NCBI GenBank assembly: GCA_963790475.1
Contig: CAWBOS010000001.1
Location: 1-64,000, forward strand
Length of the DNA: 64,000 nt
Direction of reading: 5' to 3'
Source of the DNA: an uncultured delta proteobacterium
Lineage (GTDB): Bacteria; Desulfobacterota; RBG-13-43-22
Shown here: in pieces, positions 58,497 to 64,000 of the stretch
Layout of the letters: every line of letters begins with the position of its first letter
Position numbering within the stretch: position 1 is the first letter of the stretch
Position numbers and translations under genes: made by a program
Notes under the pieces: model-generated
The model's input: only the letters and a program-made list of their open reading frames with translations
Told to the model about the DNA's origin: nothing
Databases searched by the model: none

Positions 58497-58880
58497 ATGA
58501 CGACGGAGGATTCAGAAAAAAGGAAATTTAAAAGAGGGCCATTACTCCTTCCTATTATCTATACCATGCAGGCAATATCAAAGGAGGGCTACATTACAAA
58601 TTTAAGTGCGGGGGGGTGCCGTCTCTACTGCTACTCTCCTGTTCCGGTAAAAGCAGGTGAGTCGATTGAAATTTTCCTCAATCTTAGAAACTCGCCGGAT
58701 AATGTCAGCTTGAAAGCGAAAATATTAAGAGTTAATCGATTCAATTATAACCCGGACCTTAGAAGCAAAGAAGAAATTAATTATGAATTAGGCGTTAAGT
58801 TTTTAAGTGTAGATGAAAGGCAGAAAGAAATAATAGAGAACTATACCAGAATGGTTCTCGGAAGAATGAAGCAGGGGTAG
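58497..58880 (+). CDS. PilZ domain protein
   Basis: EKRKFKR (RxxxR) and NLSAGG (D/NxSxxG), GVKF. Confidence 0.88.
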   Translation: MTTEDSEKRKFKRGPLLLPIIYTMQAISKEGYITNLSAGGCRLYCYSPVPVKAGESIEIFLNLRNSPDNVSLKAKILRVNRFNYNPDLRSKEEINYELGVKFLSVDERQKEIIENYTRMVLGRMKQG

Positions 58881-59052
58881 TCGGCCGTGTATAATCCGGG
58901 TTATTTGAAGACCCAACTCAACTTCCCATTTTTCACTTTCCCCCGAGGGAGGCAAGACTATGGAGGAATTTGATCAGCCCCATGTCTCAAAAGAGAGATG
59001 ATGTTTTCGTTTTAAACGGATCCTGAGGGTAGGAAGGATCAGGGGAGGGTCC

Positions 59053-59247
59053 ATGAAAAAGAGAAAGCAACAGGATCATAATCCTTCCGGCCCGCCGGCG
59101 TACTACAACGGGACTCCCCAGTCTGTTGAATGGATTCTGGAACAATACAGGGAAACACAGGTGGAAAAACGTTTTTTTGAAAAATATTCCTATCTGCCCC
59201 GAGAGAGCTTCCATGCCATTTTGTTCGTATTGGGACGTCTCAGGTAA
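59053..59247 (+). CDS. Small hypothetical protein
   Basis: 64 aa with GGAGG RBS; co-oriented with neighbours. Confidence 0.45.
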   Translation: MKKRKQQDHNPSGPPAYYNGTPQSVEWILEQYRETQVEKRFFEKYSYLPRESFHAILFVLGRLR

Positions 59248-59290
59248 ATCGGGGTGTTAACCGCCAGGTTTGGAGGCCAAGGGATCTCGA

Positions 59291-59629
59291 ATGCCCATTT
59301 ATGAGTATGAGTGCCAATCTTGCCGTCGGCTGGTCAGCGCCCTGATCCTCAAAAAAGAGGAGGAGAAGGATGTTCAGTGTCCGCACTGCGGCGGGGACCG
59401 GCTGACCCGGGTGCTGTCCCGTTTCGCTCTGCACAAGACCGAGGGGCAACGCCTTCAGGACTTCGACGCGCACGCGCCACGGTCCGATGCCTTTTACCAT
59501 GATCGCCGCAACATCGGGTTGTGGGCCAAGAAGCGTGCGGGGGAGCTTGGCGTGGACCTGGGCACCCAATACGACGAGGTGGTGGAAAAAGCGCGGACGG
59601 CGCGCACTCCCGAGGACCTCGATCTCTAA
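59291..59629 (+). CDS. FmdB family zinc-ribbon protein
   Basis: MPIYEYECQSC...CPHCG...LSRF. Confidence 0.88.
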   Translation: MPIYEYECQSCRRLVSALILKKEEEKDVQCPHCGGDRLTRVLSRFALHKTEGQRLQDFDAHAPRSDAFYHDRRNIGLWAKKRAGELGVDLGTQYDEVVEKARTARTPEDLDL

Positions 59630-59709
59630 GCCGGAGGAACGCCTGAACGGGCCGCAGGGGCCTGTTCTTCATTTTGTTAATTTAAAAAGGATTGAGAAAG
59701 GAGCACATC

Positions 59710-60945
59710 ATGGGTATTGCCGAACTGAACCTTGATTTGACTGAAGAGCAAAAGGCCCTCCGGGATTCGTCCCGGAAGTTTTTCATGGAAGTCTGGAGGC
59801 CGGCCGCCATCGCCCTGGACAAGATGCCCCGGCCCGAGGACGTGGTGGCCAAGGGATCCATCTTTTGGGACGTGCTGAAAAAAACCTACGAACTGGGGTA
59901 CCAGCGCATGGCCTTTCCCCAACTGGTGGGCGGAATGGAACTGGACCCGCTTTCCATAGCTTTGGTCACCGAGGCGATGGGCTATGCCTCCCCCGGCCTG
60001 GCTGTGGCCTGGGGAGTCTGCACTACCCCCTATAACTACGCCATGCTCTCGACGGACCCGGCTGTGCAGGCCTGGGCCGTGGCCTTCTGCCAGGACACCC
60101 AGGCCAAGATGACCGGCTGCTGGGCCATCACCGAACCGGATCATGGCTCGGACTGGCTGCTCCTGGACGACGAGATGAGCTCAAACCCGGCCTGCTCCCC
60201 CCAGGTGCGGGCGACGCTCCAGGGCGACGAATACGTCATCAATGGCCAGAAAGCGGCCTGGGTCAGCATGGGCACGGTAGCCACCCACGCCGCCCTGTTC
60301 GTCAACCTGGACCCGGCCAAGGGCCCGGGCGCCGGGGGCATCGCCGCCATCCCCCTGGACCTGCCTGGTATCTCGCGCGGCAAGCCTTTGGACAAGATCG
60401 GGCAGCGCGACCTGAATCAGGGCGAAATCTTTTTCGATAACGTGCGCATTCCCAAGTCCATGATGGTCGTCTCCGATCCGGAGATGTACAAGGTCATGAT
60501 CGACATGCAGCTTACCGGAGCCAATGGCTGGATGGGCGTCTGCTTCACCGGTTGCGCCCATTCGGCCTACGACGAGGCGCTTAACTATGCCCGGCAGCGT
60601 GTCCAGGGTGGACGCCCCATCATTGAGCATCAGAACATCAAGCTCAAACTGTTCGAGATGTTCACCGCCGTTGAGGCCTCGCGGTCCCTGTCCCGGCGGT
60701 CTATGATCTATAACAGCACCCTGTCCAAGGCCCTGCAGCCTCCGGCCGTCGAGTACGCTATTGCCTCTAAGATTTTCGGAACCGAGACCGCTTTCCGCAC
60801 CGCCAGTCAGGCCATTCAGATTTTCGGCGGGAACGGTCTGACCAGGGAGTATGTCATCGAAAAAATATTCCGTGATGCCCGGGCGGCGATGATCGAGGAC
60901 GGGGTGAACGAGACCCTGGCCCTGGGCGGGGCCAGCCGGCTGTAA
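59710..60945 (+). CDS. Acyl-CoA dehydrogenase
   Basis: AITEPDHGSD, INGQKAWVS, RVQGG, QIFGGNG, RDA, IEDG. Confidence 0.94.
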   Translation: MGIAELNLDLTEEQKALRDSSRKFFMEVWRPAAIALDKMPRPEDVVAKGSIFWDVLKKTYELGYQRMAFPQLVGGMELDPLSIALVTEAMGYASPGLAVAWGVCTTPYNYAMLSTDPAVQAWAVAFCQDTQAKMTGCWAITEPDHGSDWLLLDDEMSSNPACSPQVRATLQGDEYVINGQKAAWVSMGTVATHAALFVNLDPAKGPGAGGIAAIPLDLPGISRGKPLDKIGQRDLNQGEIFFDNVRIPKSMMVVSDPEMYKVMIDMQLTGANGWMGVCFTGCAHSAYDEALNYARQRVQGGRPIIEHQNIKLKLFEMFTAVEASRSLSRRSMIYNSTLSKALQPPAVEYAIASKIFGTETAFRTASQAIQIFGGNGLTREYVIEKIFRDARAAMIEDGVNETLALGGASRL

Positions 60946-61010
60946 TGATCTGGAAAGGAATGAACTATATACATCAATCCTGACTCAACGCCCCCTCCTT
61001 CGAGAGCTCA

Positions 61011-61823
61011 ATGGAAAAGAAGACCGGCCGAGTACGAGTAACATTGCTTTTGATTGCGGCGGCCGTGTCTCTGGGAGGTTGTCCTATGCAAAACCGGTTT
61101 CTGTATTTTCCCAGTTCGGTACCGCCGTCCGCGAATTCGTTGGCCGCTGAAAACATGAAGCTGTGGCAGAAAACTTCCGCGGATTATCGGGGGTTAATCG
61201 CCAACCATGACCCGCCCGCGCCCAACGGGACCCTTCTTCTTTTTCACGGCAACGGCGGCACCGTCCTGGATAGAGGATTTTATTTGGAGCCTCTTAGGAA
61301 GCTGGGTTTCCGGGTTATTTTGGCCGAATATCCGAAATACGGGGGCCGCCCCGGCAAAGTGGGTGAAAAACCGTTTGTGGCCGACGGCCTGGAATCGGTG
61401 CGATTGGCTTATGAGCAATACGGTGAGCCGCTTTATCTTCTGGGTGAATCGCTGGGCTGTGGTGTTGCCGCCGCTATTGCCAAACACACTTCCGTTCCCA
61501 TAACCGGCATGGTATTAATTACCCCCTGGGATACGCTGGCCGCCGTCGCCAAATCAATGTTTCCCTATCTGCCGATGACCCTGCTGCTTACCGATAAGTA
61601 TGACAGCATCGCCAATCTTCAATCGTTCAAAGGAAAAATTTCGGTGATCGGTGCCGAGCGGGATGAAATCCTGCCTATCCGTCACGCCCGCCATTTATAT
61701 CAGTCTCTGCCTGAAGGTAAAAAAAGGATGTGGGTTATCAAGGGGGCAGGCCATAACGACTGGCCTTTTTACGCAGGGGCGTCTTTCTGGAAAGAAATGA
61801 CCGATTTTGTTAAAATCAATTAA
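61011..61823 (+). CDS. Alpha/beta hydrolase, probable lipoprotein
   Basis: LGGC lipobox, FHGN, GESLG, DE, GAGHND. Confidence 0.9.
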   Translation: MEKKTGRVRVTLLLIAAAVSLGGCPMQNRFLYFPSSVPPSANSLAAENMKLWQKTSADYRGLIANHDPPAPNGTLLLFHGNGGTVLDRGFYLEPLRKLGFRVILAEYPKYGGRPGKVGEKPFVADGLESVRLAYEQYGEPLYLLGESLGCGVAAAIAKHTSVPITGMVLITPWDTLAAVAKSMFPYLPMTLLLTDKYDSIANLQSFKGKISVIGAERDEILPIRHARHLYQSLPEGKKRMWVIKGAGHNDWPFYAGASFWKEMTDFVKIN

Positions 61824-61923
61824 ATCAGCCAGCGGAGGAACAGGCGGGACGATGTTCACTTCATTCAAAGTTGCCGTACCCTCCGCTTCCCGGCTAATGG
61901 TGTCGCGTTGTCCGGAGCTGATT

Positions 61924-62628
61924 TTATTCCCGACCCATCAGTATCTTGAGATGCTTGACCACCGGTGGTAAAACCTCACCGACCTGTTCGTGGAATCGTA
62001 AATGGGCCATGGAGTCAAAAGGGGTTTCCCCGGCATTGATGATGGCCAATTTGGCTCCGACCCTGAGGGCCTCCAAAGGCATATCGGCGGCCGGCGTCAC
62101 CACCAGACTGGAGCCGACGACCACAAAGAGATCGCTTTTGGTCGCCTGTTCAAAAGAAAGGGAAAGATCCTTGGCCGGGAGAGACTGGCCGAAATCAACC
62201 ACACTGGAGACCAAGGCCCCCCCGCAGTCGCACATCTTTTTTTCCAGCGACCGGTCGTAAGTCCGTTGACATTTTCGGCAACGCACCCGGCTGATGTTGC
62301 CGTGCAATTCGGCCAAGAGGTCAAAGGGAATGCCCGATTTCAGATGAAGATTATCCACGTTTTGGGAAATCAGGAATTTAAGTTTCCCCATTTTCTGCAA
62401 TTCCACCAGGGCCATATGCCCGCTGTTGGGATCGGCCTTATCCCAGGGTTGGTCCTCGGTCCTTGGCGGAAGTCCTTTGTCCCGCCGCGTCCAAAGCCCT
62501 TCCGGCCCCCGAAAATCAGGGAGCCCCGACTCCGTGCTGATTCCCGCTCCGGTGAAAAAAACCGGATAACGGGCCTTGAATAACATTTTGGCCAGAGTTT
62601 CTATCCGTTTTTCCAGGTCATTCGACAT
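61924..62628 (-). CDS. Sir2 family NAD-dependent deacylase
   Basis: GAGISTESGLPDFRG, SQNVD, HGN, CRKC/CDC Zn ligands, GSSL. Confidence 0.94.
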   Translation of the reverse strand: MSNDLEKRIETLAKMLFKARYPVFFTGAGISTESGLPDFRGPEGLWTRRDKGLPPRTEDQPWDKADPNSGHMALVELQKMGKLKFLISQNVDNLHLKSGIPFDLLAELHGNISRVRCRKCQRTYDRSLEKKMCDCGGALVSSVVDFGQSLPAKDLSLSFEQATKSDLFVVVGSSLVVTPAADMPLEALRVGAKLAIINAGETPFDSMAHLRFHEQVGEVLPPVVKHLKILMGRE

Positions 62629-62784
62629 ACGCACCTCACGTTGGCAGTGAATCATTGAGAGTAGTTTTTTCAGCCGGAAGGATTACAAATAGTTTAAAAT
62701 ATGGAATCTGCCCATAATAAAAAAATAAATAACGGGGGAAGGGCCCAGAATGATTTCTGCGGCCCCGGATAAAGGGAGGAAGAG

Positions 62785-63540
62785 ATGAAGGTGGTCTACC
62801 ATGAAGAGTATAACCAGATTTATTCCACTGACCCCGCTTCGGCCCCGGAAAGAATCCGGGTCATCGAGACGGAACTGCAGGGGAAAGTCCAGTTTGTAAC
62901 CCCTGTGGCGGCGACAGTGGAGGATATTCTCCTGGCCCACACACCGGAGCATATCCAATCCGTCAAACAGGAGGGCGTCTATGAGATAGCCGCCCTGGCC
63001 ACGGGCGGCGCCCTCCTGGCTGCCCGGATCGGTTTGACCGAACCCTGTTTTGCCCTGATTCGTCCGCCGGGTCACCACGCTTCTGCCTCAAGCGCCTGGG
63101 GTTTTTGTTATTTTAACAATATGTCCATCGCCCTCGAAAGATTGAAAGCGGAGGGGAAAATCAAAAAAGCCTTTATTCTGGATTTCGATCTGCACTTCGG
63201 GGATGGGAATGTCAACATTCTGGGCGGCCGTGGATATGTGACGATCCTGAATCCCTCGTCGTCAGACCGCAGCCAATATTTAAAGAGCGTGGAAGATTCC
63301 CTGGCCCGAACTGATGCCGATATGATCGCTGTTTCCGCCGGATTCGATAATCATGAAGCGGACTGGGGAGGGCTGCTCAGAACCTCGGATTATACCTTCA
63401 TGGGCAGACTGGTCAGGGAGACCGCCCTAAGGAATAAGGGCGGCTGTTTCGGCATCCTCGAGGGAGGCTACAATCATGATGTTCTGGGTAAGAATGTGCT
63501 GGCCTTTATCGAAGGGCTGTCCACACCGGAGGGGAAGTGA
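62785..63540 (+). CDS. Compact Zn-dependent histone deacetylase family protein
   Basis: RPPGHHA, GFCYFNN, DFDLHFGDG, SAGFD, LEGGY; only 251 aa. Confidence 0.93.
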   Translation: MKVVYHEEYNQIYSTDPASAPERIRVIETELQGKVQFVTPVAATVEDILLAHTPEHIQSVKQEGVYEIAALATGGALLAARIGLTEPCFALIRPPGHHASASSAWGFCYFNNMSIALERLKAEGKIKKAFILDFDLHFGDGNVNILGGRGYVTILNPSSSDRSQYLKSVEDSLARTDADMIAVSAGFDNHEADWGGLLRTSDYTFMGRLVRETALRNKGGCFGILEGGYNHDVLGKNVLAFIEGLSTPEGK

Positions 63541-63575
63541 CGTCTTGACTGATGCCTGAACTTAAATAATGACCG

Positions 63576-63838
63576 GGAAACCTGCTGGCCCTCATCAGCG
63601 GCCTGACCTTCGCGGTCTTGGCCGTTTTCTTGCGTAAACAAAAAGACGAATCGGCCTTGGAATCCGTTTTGATAGGTAACCTGGTCACGGCCCTGATCGG
63701 CTTGCCCTTCATGTTTCAAGGCTCCCCCGAGAAAAGCCGGGGCCGTGGGTGCTGATTGGCGGCGCGATTGTCCTGATTGCGGTCACCGGCCGATCCCTGG
63801 TGAAGACTGCTTACCCGGAGTCAAGGCCCTCAAACTGA
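63576..63838 (+). pseudogene. EamA/DMT transporter remnant
   Basis: GNLLALISGLTFA...LRKQKD...GLPF, then in another frame EKPGPWVLIGGAIVLIAV; N-terminal half and an internal part missing. Confidence 0.65.
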
Positions 63839-63915
63839 GAAAAATAGGGAAATTGGTCTTGATTCCTGATTCATCTTGTTTTATGCTCTTCCCATCAAAA
63901 CCAAAGTCCTATCCC

Positions 63916-64000
63916 ATGAAGCGAATATTCTCTTTCATTTTGCTTTTGTTGTTCCTGACGCCTGGCGGGGCGCAATCTGATGACAGGACGCCTTCATCTC
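63916..64000 (+). CDS. Exported protein, partial (runs off the window)
   Basis: MKRIFSFILLLLFLTPGGAQS signal-peptide-like start. Confidence 0.5.
   Translation, partial: MKRIFSFILLLLFLTPGGAQSDDRTPSS

Noticed and set aside
1-64000. CRISPR array, tRNA, rRNA, prophage or defence island
   Set aside because: No regularly spaced repeat-spacer units, cloverleaf or rRNA signatures, or phage/defence genes were recognised by eye. The Sir2 protein is a classical Zn-binding sirtuin, not a defence SIR2 domain.

Overview
Gene-dense bacterial chromosomal segment. Gene content and repeat families suggest an anaerobic Desulfobacterota/deltaproteobacterium-like organism (inference). Main blocks: (1) an AT-richer PIG-L deacetylase + GT4 + six-hairpin glycosidase trio (1-3042); (2) a seven-gene MoxR/DUF58/vWA membrane operon of unknown function (5095-15959, minus strand); (3) meaB and two C-terminally short flavin oxidoreductases; (4) a co-oriented minus-strand run of porin, DUF3306-like/4Fe-4S protein, TorD chaperone, Tat peptide, Cys-type periplasmic formate dehydrogenase ABC, a PLD-fold membrane protein and cydAB (22021-34538), a candidate formate-to-oxygen respiratory module; (5) dispersed acyl-CoA metabolism genes (two CaiB CoA transferases, BadH-like SDR, BadI/MenB-like crotonase, 3-hydroxyacyl-CoA dehydrogenase, alpha-only acyl-CoA ligase, divergent butyrate kinase, AMP-forming ligase, acyl-CoA dehydrogenase); (6) a divergent sirtuin/HDAC pair. 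Intergenic DNA carries at least six MITE/REP-like repeat families (several with target-site duplications, one nested) and seven gene remnants missed or mis-framed by the ORF track. Several genes have single-base frameshifts in homopolymers or CCWGG contexts, which may be long-read errors. No rRNA, tRNA or CRISPR array was seen. All calls are from motif reading only; no database searches were run.
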